Notes under the pieces: generated by a model
Databases searched by the model: none
What the model saw: only the letters and a program-made list of their open reading frames with translations
What the model was told of the DNA's origin: nothing
Shown: one piece after another, positions 25,499 to 36,809 of the stretch
Numbering within the stretch: position 1 is the stretch's first letter
Layout of the letters: each line of letters begins with the position of its first letter
Position numbers and translations under genes: made by a program
DNA from: Ginglymostoma cirratum
Lineage: Eukaryota
DNA: 64,000 nt
Assembly: GCA_024137785.1 (NCBI GenBank)
Contig: JAHRHZ010000066.1
Location: 11,162,202-11,226,201 of the forward strand
Reading direction: 5' to 3'

Positions 25499-25898
25499 NN
25501 NNNNNNNNNNNNNNNNNNNNNNNNNNNNNNNNNNNNNNNNNNNNNNNNNNNNNNNNNNNNNNNNNNNNNNNNNNNNNNNNNNNNNNNNNNNNNNNNNNNN
25601 NNNNNNNNNNNNNNNNNNNNNNNNNNNNNNNNNNNNNNNNNNNNNNNNNNNNNNNNNNNNNNNNNNNNNNNNNNNNNNNNNNNNNNNNNNNNNNNNNNNN
25701 NNNNNNNNNNNNNNNNNNNNNNNNNNNNNNNNNNNNNNNNNNNNNNNNNNNNNNNNNNNNNNNNNNNNNNNNNNNNNNNNNNNNNNNNNNNNNNNNNNNN
25801 NNNNNNNNNNNNNNNNNNNNNNNNNNNNNNNNNNNNNNNNNNNNNNNNNNNNNNNNNNNNNNNNNNNNNNNNNNNNNNNNNNNNNNNNNNNNNNNNNN
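25499..25898. other. Assembly gap (400 N)
   Basis: Run of n characters. Confidence 1.
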
Positions 25899-27079
25899 CC
25901 ATTCACTAATTAAATAATCCAGTTACCTTTACAGGAGCTGAGCCTATGTGGACTTCACCTGGGACTATTTGTCTTACACAGTTGAATAGTTTGCTGTCAT
26001 TTATTGTAAAGACTCGCATCTGAATAACAATACTTACAGCAAGGATGTAATGAAAGCCCTGCCCATGGTAACCTATCAAATGAAGAGATCAGCCTTGTAA
26101 GCAGCAAAATGGTGTGAAAAATTAAAGGGAACTGATGGGGGAGATTAGGCAGTGGGACATATTTTAGTTTACAATTCACTAATATTATTCTAAAGCCTCT
26201 GCATTGATGTCACTGATCTAAGTCTTCTCCTGTTGTTTTATTTTTCCAACAGCTACAAAGAGACAAGAAGCAGAGAATCTGGCCTCTGTCTTGCAATGCT
26301 TTTCCTCTAATTGGAGTCTTACTATCGAGGTACAAATGTCAACACAGAACAGAAACTTTTTCTGAATAAAAGCTACAGGATTTCACTGAACAAGTCCAAA
26401 AATGTTTAGGGAATGAGGTTTAGAAACTTTGTTGATCCATGTATGTTGATTAACAGATTCTCAGTAATGTTGCCAGCGTCCACTTTGAACATTCTTTGTA
26501 AACTCATAGGGGTGTGTATTCAATGCTGGTGGGAACGCAAAATGGGTGGTTACAACTGACAGCTCATTCAGACCCTGCATGATTGACCAGTGCAAAATTA
26601 GCAGAGGAGAAAGTAAAAGGGCTGACAATTATTTACTATATATTTCCCATTCCTAGCAAAGTTATCCCTGTATTCTGGACCAGATCCTCTAATAACATTA
26701 ACTGGCAGCTATCATGAAGATGTTGTGACAGCATTTGTTCGAAGTTCAAGCCATGTTCTAAAATGTGAAGTCTTGAATAGCAGTTGCAATTAGTGACCAA
26801 CAAAACAACAACTTCATTTATTTTGATGGGAATTGCAGGCTGGAAATTACTTCTATTCAAAGTTACCTGAAGAGTGGAAAGCGAAAAGAAACTTTAGCAT
26901 TCTTTTAAAATCTCTCCCTTGCTCCGTAACTGTATACAATCAGTACCTGTACCTTTTTGGACTACTCATCAAATCTGTTGATACCATACACCAAGCAATT
27001 TATTTCAAAATCTTTGAGAGAGCTATATTGATCTGGTATTGAAGAGGTGCAGAAAAATCATTCACTCTCCAAATGCTTT

Positions 27080-27182
27080 CCCAGGCAAGTGGGACTAGTT
27101 TAGTTTGGGAAACTTGGTTGGCATGGACGAGTTGGACCAAAGTGTCTATTTCAATGCTGTATGACCCTATGAATCTATGACA
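27080..27182 (+). mobile_element. CR1 LINE 3' tail fragment
   Basis: ggcaagtgggactagtttag...ggcatggacgagttggacc...gctgtatgaccctatgaatctatga with terminal ctatga repeats. Confidence 0.75.
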
Positions 27183-27669
27183 CTGGGAAAATAGATTGAA
27201 CTCTTAGTGTTCCCAATAGTATAACTAAGCAGGTGACTATTTGTGCAATGAAATAGATAGTGGAACCTGTGTCCATCATTGTACAATCACTTACTTATCA
27301 AAAAGGTATATTGATATTCACATATCTCTGATATGTCCATGTGCAAATCTACTGAGTCACCAGCATTACTAAGAGTCCCCATTATGTCATCCCATTACTT
27401 TTACATTACTCTTCATACATGGCAAAATAAAACTTCAAATCAGCACTAAGAAACCTTAAGGTTGTACCATTTCAATCTCTAGAATGTATGTTATGTAATG
27501 CTGGAAGGATTCAAAGCGAGTGATGAGGTGGTTCACAGTAAAATTGAACAAGAGAGAAGGGGAAGGCGGCACTTAACAGGACATTACCATAGATTCAGTC
27601 CTGCTGCGAAGTCAGATCCTAGGAATGGCTACTGGATTTGGGCTTTGGAAGAGTAGTCCATTCTGAGGT

Positions 27670-28050
27670 AAAACAATTGCCTCTGAGTCTGCTGGTTCTG
27701 GGTTCATGCCCCACTCCACCACTTGAGCAAAGAAATGAAGACTGGCATTTCAGTGTGGTACTGAGAGAGTGCTGCACTGCTAAAGGTGTTACCTTTCTTC
27801 TCAGGTAGATGAGAAAGAATCTCATGGCTCTGTTTAAAGAACCAATAAATCCAGCAAGTAAATAATCCTCAACCAACATCACAAAAATGGATTATCTTGT
27901 CACAATGCCACTTGTGAGAGTTTTCTGTATGCATGTTGTTTTCCAAGTTTCATATTTTTCATATTGCAACAGTGATCTCACATCATTGGCTATAGTGTGC
28001 TTTGAGATGGCAAATAGCTGTGAAAATCACAATATAGATGTAAGTATTTA
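27670..28050 (+). mobile_element. Deu-domain SINE (SacSINE1-like), decayed
   Basis: Head gcctctgagtc...gggttcatgccccactcc; core cagtgtggtactgagagagtgctgcactg; tail gctttgagat...gtgaaaatcacaatatagatgtaagt; homologous to 39640-40050 and 57245-57636. Confidence 0.7.
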
Positions 28051-30021
28051 TTTTCTTTTATATCAAGCTTTTAGAATGAAATTTGTCTCTTGTTGCCCTC
28101 TCTTGTGGAATCTGCTGGGCTATGCCTCCTCCAGTAACTCACTTGTCTTAAAATTTTGGATGGTTTGCCTTTCCAGCAGCAGTCTAGAGATAAGACCCCG
28201 GAAATGGGAGGATCTTCAGTAGGTGATGGAGGCAAGACGGAGGAGTGGTGCTGATCAGAGACTCTGGAGTCTGGTGAGTAATACATCTCCTTCTGTATCC
28301 AAAGGAAATTTTGTTTTTATTTTGAGGTAATTTTTGAATGTGGGCCATTGCTTAGGCCTCAACAGTCATGTTCCTTTGTCCTCCTGGAGTGTCAAGCTCT
28401 GAAAGGGGCCTAAGTCAGGCATTAATTTCCTTATTTAGACACTTAAGCAGCCTAACAGTTGTTTTAGGCAGCTGCTGGGAATATCTGAAAAATGGCACAG
28501 CCAAATTCTGATTGAGCATTTTCCACACATGCTTTGGATACTGAACATTAGTCATTGAAATTGGCCCCCATTGCATGAGTTTATTAATCTTAAAGTGAAA
28601 ACAATGAATTTCAGTTTCAGATCTCCTACCCTCAAGATCAGGCTCAGCAGAATATTTTACGCCGAACCTGTGACAGGTCCGCTGTACTGCTCCTTTTGTA
28701 TATCTCATTACCATAGACTTCTTTAAAGGCCTTAAGGAAGAGAAAAGAATCATTTCAAGACAAGTCATGAGTAATGTCTCAGGCTGGGTCCTATGACAAT
28801 TTGGAATTTTGTTGATATTGCCAAAAACATTTCACCAACAATAGTCATAGCCAATAATTTATCTATCATTCCTGGGCTGAGTCAAAGCTAGATCCCTTCA
28901 ATGTGTGTTTTTAGCTAGTCTCTCAATATAAATAACTTCTAAAAGATTCAACGACTGACATGACAGGAGTGTTGCAGGAAATAGGAAGCATTTATGTATT
29001 TAATTCTGGCGATGGAGTCTTGAGGCTCTTTTAACCATACAAACAACGAAACTTAACTGATTTCATTAATTATCAGTTATCAGAGTTTTCAAATGTTTGG
29101 TTCCAATCTCTTGACTTCTGTGTGAGATATTTTGCTTTCACTAATCATGAAATGTAAAGAAATTTCCAATTCCCCATTACAAAAGAGGACGAAAAGCTAA
29201 GAAAGGACTAAGTGCTAGTTGTATACTTGAAATATGTAATTCCTGTAGAAGTGAAATGATCAGATGTATTGATTAATTCTTTCTGCTCTAAGTGCTGTGT
29301 TGTGGTCTATTTTCTTACCATCTTATACCAGATCAGTTATATAACGGTTCACTCTCGGACAAACTCCAATTCCTAAGACCCATGAAAATATCTAGTCCTG
29401 TCTTATATGCAGTGTATTTCTCCAGGTTACAAAGGAAAATGAACATTAAATTTTGCCTGCAACTGGCTTTTATCAAGTAGTATACCCTATTCCTTTAAAG
29501 GTTCTCATTTCAATCTTTTAAGGTGACAGGGCATCAAATCAGACTCTGACTGAAGTTAAAAGTATGAAGAAAGTTTATTCATTTAAAGGTGAATGAACAA
29601 ATAAGAACAGTTATGTAATGTACTTGTATTGCTAAACATGCTTCCTGCCTAATTCCTAAATAAACAAAATAATACAAGGATTATCGCTCTAGGAATTAAC
29701 ATCATGGGCTGAATCTTGCCAGAAATCGATTAAGTGTCATTTTCATTGAGTTTCATGCAGGGTTTCTCTCTGTGAGACCAAGCAGATTTTCTCACGCTAT
29801 CATCCTAAACTTGTCTCCTTAACTGTGTACCACACATCTATAGTGCACCACTCATCCAATGCTAGCCCGTATCTCCCTCTCATTGCAAGTGGAGACACCT
29901 ACACTGCTGGGATATGCCAGGATCCCTAGTGGTGTTGCTATGTTTAAAAGCCCATCTTGCTCACAGTAAAGTGCTGGCAATCCAGAGCTGTCCTGCACAA
30001 CTTGTTACACTTTGCCTGGAC

Positions 30022-30200
30022 ATGGCAGATAAGGGGAATCTAGTGCCCTGCTTTGTGGACAGGCACCTGGAGCTCCCGAAGACTGACAGAAGAGGCCACA
30101 CCACTCGACCCAGCCTGGTCCAAATTGCCATCCAGCTCAATGCAGAATCCAAACTCCATAGGAATGCACAGAAATACTGAAAGCTTAATCTCTGGGAGTG
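30022..30200 (+). pseudogene. Harbinger Myb/SANT-like exon 1 remnant (internally deleted)
   Basis: MADKGNLVPCFVDRHLEL...QIAIQLNAESKLHRNAQKY, homologous to 9160-9389; gtaagt donor near 30200; exon 2 acceptor cattccag|GAGAAAATGGCCCAT (EKMAH) at 30481. Confidence 0.65.
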
Positions 30201-30504
30201 TAAGTGGTACCATCTTCTCTCTACTACCTAACATTCACTCAATCTCTGCTATTGCACCTATCTCCCACCATAGCTCATGCATTAACATTTTCACTATTGC
30301 ATGCAACGTCTTCCCTCACTCACACTCTCCCAACCCCAAGTGTCCACTAACCCTCCCTGTCCTCTGTGCTGCCTCCTCACTCACGCGGGACACCTCACTA
30401 CCTCTTCCTCACCTGCACCAGTGTTAACGAGAGTGGCAGTCTCTTTCCTCTCACTCCATCCCTCCATTTGTCTCATTCCAGGAGAAAATGGCCCATAGTT
30501 GATT

Positions 30505-32450
30505 AGAATGCAGGCCAGGCATGTTCCTCTGAAACGTAGGGTACGAATACAGGATTTTGGAAACCTTGGATGATGGGAAATTATCAGCTTAGTCAAAAAA
30601 AGGAAGCATACCTAAGGTCTAGGCAACTGAAAACAGATGACCTCCTTGAAGAATATAGAGAAAGTAAGAAGGAACTCAAACAGGGAGCTAGGCAGAGCTA
30701 AAAGGGCTATGAAATGTCCTTGGACAGCAGGGTTAAGGAGAATCCCAAGGCATTTTAAACATATATTAGGAGCAAGAGGGTGGCTAGGGAAAGAGTAGGC
30801 CCACTCAAGGATAAAGGAGCGAGGTTATGTGTGGAGCTAGAGGAAATGGGTGAGATCCTTAATAAGTACTTTACATTGATATTCACCAAAGAGAGGGACA
30901 TGAGGGATGTTGAGATTAGGGAAAGGTATGTGAATACTCTTCAGCAGGTCAACATAATGATGAAGAAGGTGTTGGGTGTCTTGAAATATACTAAGAAAGA
31001 CAGGTCCCCAGGGCCGGACAGAATCTATCTCAGGATACTGTGGGAGGCAAGGGAGAAAATAACTGGGGCCTCTTTGCATCCTCTTTGGTCTCAGAAGAGG
31101 TGCCAGGGGATTGGAAAATGGTCAATGTTGTTCCTTTGTTTAAGAAGGGGAACAGAGAAAATCTAAATAATTACAGACCGATAAGCCTGATGTCAGTGGT
31201 GGGGAAGCTGTTGGAGAAGATACTGAGAAATCGGATTTATTCACACTTGAAATTAAATGGACTTGTTAGTGTAGGCAGCATGGGTTTGTGCAGGAAGGTC
31301 ATGTCTCACCTACTTAATAGAGTATTTTGAGGAGGTAACAAGGGCGGTGGATGTTATCTACTGGGCTTTAGTAAGGCATTTGATAAGGTACCTCGTGGCA
31401 GGCTGGTACAGAAAGTAAAGTATCATGGGATCCAGGGTGAGTTGGCTGGATGGACACAAAACTGACTTGGTCATGAAGGTCAGAGAGTAGTGGTAGATGG
31501 GTGTTTCTTTGGAATGGAGATCAGTAACTAATGGTCACTGTAGGGATCAGTGCTGGAACCTTTCCTGTTTGTTAGATACATAAATGATCTGGAGGAAAAT
31601 GTAGGTGGTTCAATTAGTTAATTTGCAGATGACACCAAATTTGGCGGAATTGCAAATAGTGAAGAGGGTTGTCAAAAGATACAGTGGGATATAGATAAAT
31701 TGCAGATTTGGGCAGAGAAATGGCAGATGGAGTTTAATTTGGACAAATGCGAGGTAATGCTTTTTGAAAAATCAAATTCAGGTGTGAATTATACAATAAA
31801 TGGCAGGACCCTTAGGAGCATTGATGTACAGAGGAATCTAGGCATACAGGTCCACAGATCCTTGAAAGTGGTAATATGGGTGGATAAAGTGATCAATATG
31901 GCACACAGCATGCTGGCCTATCCCACTATATCCCTTCATCAGCCAGGGCATCTAATATAAAAGTTGGCAAGTAAAGTTACAGTTGCACAAAACTTTAGTT
32001 ACACCACATCTAGCATATTTTGTGCAGTTCTAGCCGTTAAACTGCCAGAAGTTTGTAGATGCTTTGGAGAGGGGGAAGTGAAGGTTTACGAGGATGTTGC
32101 CTGATCTGGAGGGTTTTAGTGATGGGGAGATGATGGATAAACTCGGATTGTTTTCACTGGAAAGATGGCGGCTCAGGGGTGACCTGATAGAGGTCTACAA
32201 AATTATGAGAGGCATAGCTAGAGTGGGTAGTCAGAGCCTTTTTCCCAGAGTGGAAAGGTCAACTACAAGAGGGCAAGTTCAAGGTGTGAAGGGCGAAAGT
32301 TTAGGGGAGAAGTGGGGGAATCTTTTTCACACAGTGGGTGGTGGGTGCCTTGAACACGCTGCCAGTGGAGGTGGTGGAAGCAGACACATTAGCAATGTTT
32401 AAGGTGTACCTTAATAGACACATGAACGGGAGGCAAACAGAGGGATAGAT
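30505..32450 (+). mobile_element. 5'-truncated CR1 LINE (RT domain to C-terminus), multiple frameshifts
   Basis: SPGPDRIYLRILWEAREKI, DWKMVNVVPLFKKGNRENLNNYRPISLMSVVGKLLEKI, FSKAFDKVP, FADDTK (about 31623-31640), WAEKWQMEFNLDKCEVM, LGLFSLERWRLRGDLIEVYKIMRG. Confidence 0.95.
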
Positions 32451-32528
32451 ACTGTGGGAGTGTCAGTTACAGTAGGGAGCGCATGCGCATGAGTACACCA
32501 CTGGCACATCTCAGCAGCTGGCCGGGAA

Positions 32529-32693
32529 AGAATCATAGAATCTTAGAATCCCTATAGTGCAGAGACAGGTCATTTGGGCCATTGAGTCTGCACCCACTCT
32601 CCAAAGAGCATCCCATTCAAATCTACTCGTCTACCCTATCCCCGTAATCCTGCATTTACCATGGCAAATCCATCTAGCCTGCACAACTTTGGA
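32529..32693 (-). mobile_element. HE1-type V-SINE, 3' half
   Basis: aatcatagaatcttagaatccctatagtg...ccaaagagcatccc...aatccatctagcctgcacaactttgga, the reverse of 33820-34016. Confidence 0.8.
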
Positions 32694-33664
32694 AATGCCC
32701 CATTTCCTGGAACTCAGACGCCTGCCAGAGATCTGACACATGCTCAGCCCCAGGCAGGAGGGGATCCTGTAGTGTTAGCAAATTTGTGACTTCATTGAAA
32801 TCTACAAGCAGGCACAGAAGCAGAAGGCATGCTTGTCAGGGGCACTGGAGAGCATGCTGCCTCAGGTATGTGAGCATGCGGCTGCCTCCATGGGCAGGTT
32901 GGTAACTGTCATGGACTGCCAGGTCTGGCACACACAGCGTCTGCTGGATATACACATGGACCTACACTCTGTCACTCTAGACTCAGGTGCTCAGCGCAAA
33001 CAGCCAAATAACAGAAAGAGAGAGAGATGGGGGACCTAGAACTCACTGCAGGTGCCACTGCTTCACAAAGGGACAAAGTGGCACCAGGCAGAGGAGCAAA
33101 TATGAGCAGTGCCCCCAGCACTCTCAGAATACACTAGAGGTGGCCAGGCCTTCCACCTCCACCCTTCTTGCCACCTTCAGCGCTTTGGGAGCTTAACCTG
33201 AGGAGGGTGAACCTACCTCTGGGCAGGACACCATTAGCATGTCTGGATCCTCTATCCATAACTGCCCCTGGAGTTGCCCAACCAAAACTCTAAGGCCAGT
33301 AGGATCCACTGTGGGACGGGTTTCCTCCATCCGAGCTACACAGACTGGAACTGCACCGATGGCACGAAAAGGAAGAACAAAAGCTTCTAAAGGCACATGG
33401 GTGGCACTGATAACACTTTATTGTAAATAAGTCATTACTTTTGTAAATAAATGTTCACTTCCTCCATCAGCTGTGTGTGCAAATGTCTGCCTAGCTGTAA
33501 CTACAATATTCAAGGTGCAGGGCCAAGCCATCCTTCGCACTACACAATGTTTAATGGGACAAGGTTTGAAATTAGTAGCTCCTGTAGACAGGCATGCTTG
33601 AATGATGAGTGACCAAACGCCTGACTGATATCTGGACATCTCCTTCACTGTCTTTCTGTGACTT

Positions 33665-34016
33665 GGGGCAGCATGGTGGCACAATATTTAGCACTGATGC
33701 CTCACAGCACCAGGGACGCAGGTTCAATTCCACCTTCAGGAAACTGTCTGTGTGGAGTCTGCATGTTCTCCCCATGTCTGCATTGGTTTCCTCTGGGTGC
33801 TGTGGTTTCCTCCTGCGGTCCAAAGATGTGCAGGTGAGGTGGATTGGCCATGCTAAATTGCCCATAGTATCCAGGGATATATAAGCTAGGTGGATAAGCC
33901 ATGGGAAATGCAGGGTTACATGGATAGGGTAGGAGGGTGAGTCTTAGGAGGGTCATGTGGGCTTGATGGGCTGAATAACACATTACTACACAGTAGGGAT
34001 TCTATGATTCTATGAT
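33665..34016 (+). mobile_element. HE1-type V-SINE, full length
   Basis: tRNA-like head ggtggcacaatatttagcactgatgcctcacagc...ggttcaattcc; V-domain tgtgtggagtctgcatgttctccccatgtctg...ggtttcctc...tccaaagatgtgcagg; CR1-like tail gattctatgattctatga. Confidence 0.9.
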
Positions 34017-35825
34017 GACTGGTTGCACTGGACCCACAGAACACACTATGGCCCACATCCCAGAACGCAGAGACATAGTGTCCGTTAGCCTGACCATCCT
34101 AAGTGGCTACGTGACTGTGCCCAAGCTCCTGGACTGATATTGGAGGCTGCCCTTGACTTCCTATGCTAGGATCCCCTGCTTGAAGGATGGCTTCCTTGAC
34201 TTGAGTGAAGACTACTTCCCATGGGCTTTAAGACATGGCCATCTGTTTGAACCACATGCAGTGTGATTAGCCCGTAGGTGACTGGTACATGGTGAGACTG
34301 ATGTAGCCTGGTGTCACACAGAAACACATCTACACCTTGATCAATGACTGCTAACAGCCACAACTAGCTCCCTGGCTTTGTGTCTGCGTCAAAAGACGTA
34401 TATCAGGCTCTAGCTGAGGGGTCAAAGAGCAAAGAGGCAAGGCAGAGATGCTGTGAGCATTAAGATAGGCACAAAGTGAATGAGCACTAAGAGACCAAAT
34501 AAGGAAGCCCTGAAATGTACCCTAGTAAAACATGAGCTGGGTGCCCACCCTGCATGTAAACTATCCTGGCAGCAGAGTTGCAATGATGGCTGCCAGTGCG
34601 CTCCCAGGTATGGCATTAAGTGCAGAACCAGACTGTGGGCAGATGGATGCCATGATGTTGTCATTGTCCATAGATAGGGGTTTCATGCCGTTGCACTCCA
34701 TAGAGTGTGCTCTGAAATATTTGTAACTGCTGTCCAAGATGGAGACCAAAGAAGTAAGTGATGAGTTGGAGTTGCTGCGTACATGCTCTGCCCTTCATCT
34801 CAGGAACTCTCAAGATCTAGACTCTATCCATTGGGCAGGAGAGTCAGAAAATCCATATAAATGAGGTGAGATTAGATAGTAATGAAGGTGATAATTAGCG
34901 ATTATCCTGGAAAATTGGCCTATCACCACTCACTAGTGAGAATCTCATTTCATTGTTCATTGCTTATTTAAAAATAGGACATTTTGACCTAGGCATTGGG
35001 AAGACTCACATTGGCTATCTTACCCAATTTTCCCAAATTTCTCACCATGGCCCACACTGTTCAAAGACTGGGAAGTCTTTGCCTATTGTGAATAACTTTT
35101 GTAAAATCTGTCTTTTTTATTTCAATACAAACATTTGTATTTATTTTCCTTGAACTTTTTACCCATTGTCTACACTTCTTTGGAAATTCAAATCAGTGCT
35201 CTGTCATGGGGGAGCTGAAGTTTTCATTCCCGAGACAGGAATGCAGATTTGCAAAATTTTCAACTCCAGAATCCTGATTCAGGAGGAAGTTCCCCAATGT
35301 TGTCCTGGTTGTAAAAAAGGTATTAAAAGCAAAACAGCCCTTAAGTCTTCACATAATCCCTTTGCCCTATCTATGCTACCTCTTACCACTTCATGATCCT
35401 TATTCATCTGCAGTCCCCTTTACACCATCCATGCCATCCTATGACACTTGACCCACCATATGCCCCTTATACCTTCCATGCCAACTAACTTCAACATATG
35501 ACATAATGCCCTCCACCCTTTGACCTTATATCGTCCCTCACAAATTACCTATTTTCCAACATGCACAGACCTCAGGAACAATTTTGACATGAAATAAGGT
35601 AAAGTTCTAAGTGCCTTTTACAGGCTTCACTGTATTTCATCAAAACACTGTCATTGGTAGAACCCACTCAATAAATAAGCTTAATAATAAATAAATTTAA
35701 ATCCCTTCAAATATTTAATTCCTTATAAAAACAAACATTCCTTTCAAATACTTAATCTCATATTTTAAATAAGACAAATAGTTGTACTCATTGTATTACT
35801 TCAAAGACAGATAATCCTTTTCTAA

Positions 35826-36809
35826 GATAGTAGGAACTGCAGATGCTGGAGAACCTGAGATAACAAAGTGTAGACCTGGATGAACACAGCAGGCCAAGCA
35901 GCATCAGAGGAGCAGGAAAGCTAACATTTTGGGTCTGGACCCTTCTTCAGAAATGGGGGAGGGGAAGGGGATTCTGAAATAAATAGGAGAGAGGGGGAGG
36001 TGGATGGAAGATAGATAAAGAAGCAGATAGGTAGAGAGGAGGCGGACAGGTCAAGGACATGGGGATGGAGCTAGTAAAGGTGAGTGTAGGTGGGGAGTTA
36101 GGATGGGTGTTGGTCAGTCAAGGGAAGACAGACAGGTCAAGGACGCGGGGATGAGGCTGGTAGGTAGGAAGTGGGGGTGGAGGTTGAGGTGTCAGGAGAT
36201 GGACAGGTCAAGGAGGCGGGGACGAGCTGGGCCACTTTTGGGATGAGGTTGGGGGTGGGGATGAGTTGGGCTGGTTTTGGGATGAGGTCGGGGGAGAGGA
36301 GATTTTGAAGCATGTGAAGTCTGCATTGATACCATTGGGCTGCAGATTCCCAAGCGAAATATGAGTTGCTGTTCCTGCAACCTTCAGGTGGCATCACTGT
36401 GGCACTGGAGGAGGCCCAGGATGGACATGTCATCCAAGGAGTGGGAGGGGGAGTTGAAGTGGTTCGCGACTGGGAGGTGCAGTCGTTTGTTGCAAACAGT
36501 TACGTCAGTTTGTCACCTCAACCCCCACCACACCTTCGACCTACCAGCCCTCATCCCCACCTCCTTGACCTGTCCATCTTCCCTTGAATGACCAACCCCC
36601 ATTCTAACTCCCCACCTACACACACCATTACTGGCTCCATCTTAGCCTCCTTGACCCATCCGTCTTTTCTCCCAACTACCTGCTCCTTTATCCAGCTTCC
36701 ATCCACCTCTCCCTCTCTATCTATTTATTTCAGAATCCCCTTCCCCTCCCCCATTTCTGAAGAAGGGTCCAGACCCGAAACATTAGCTTTCCTGCTCCTC
36801 TGATGCTGC
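35826..36809 (-). mobile_element. Penelope-like element with inverted terminal-repeat copy (minus body 35826-36500, plus-strand repeat 36500-36809), 14-bp TSD
   Basis: Minus-strand EQQLIFRLG GIY-YIG C-terminus; outer arms about 35900-36140 and 36560-36809 are inverted copies; taatccttttctaa duplicated at 35812-35825 and 36810-36823. Confidence 0.92.
36757..36784 (+). ncRNA. Minimal hammerhead ribozyme core
   Basis: CTGAAGA-AGGGTCCAGACCC-GAAAC-ATT; the partner on the minus strand at 35923-35950 has GAAA changed to AAAA, consistent with CpG decay. Confidence 0.6.

Larger units (their letters stand above)
29706..35084. mobile_element. Decayed Harbinger/PIF DNA transposon, copy 2, with nested CR1 and two SINEs
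   Basis: Left end gggctgaatctt, right end aagtctttgcct; Myb-like exons; collinear with 8863-13514. Confidence 0.7.

Noticed and set aside
25282-25913. Long ORFs of X residues
   Set aside because: Artefacts of the 400-N gap
26253-26329. Possible + strand 77-nt exon after a strong acceptor (tttttccaacag)
   Set aside because: Weak donor (gtacaa), no recognisable peptide, and such acceptors are common by chance in AT-rich DNA
30780-32402. Functional reverse transcriptase gene
   Set aside because: Broken by many frameshifts and stops and 5'-truncated; a dead CR1 copy
32479-32488. NRF1-type palindrome GCGCATGCGC
   Set aside because: Single site at a junction among transposon fragments, with no promoter context
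34020-34750. Transposase remnant in Harbinger copy 2
   Set aside because: Expected by position, but I could not read convincing catalytic motifs
36165-36300. G-quadruplex-prone G-run tract
   Set aside because: Part of the Penelope 3' region, so explained by the element
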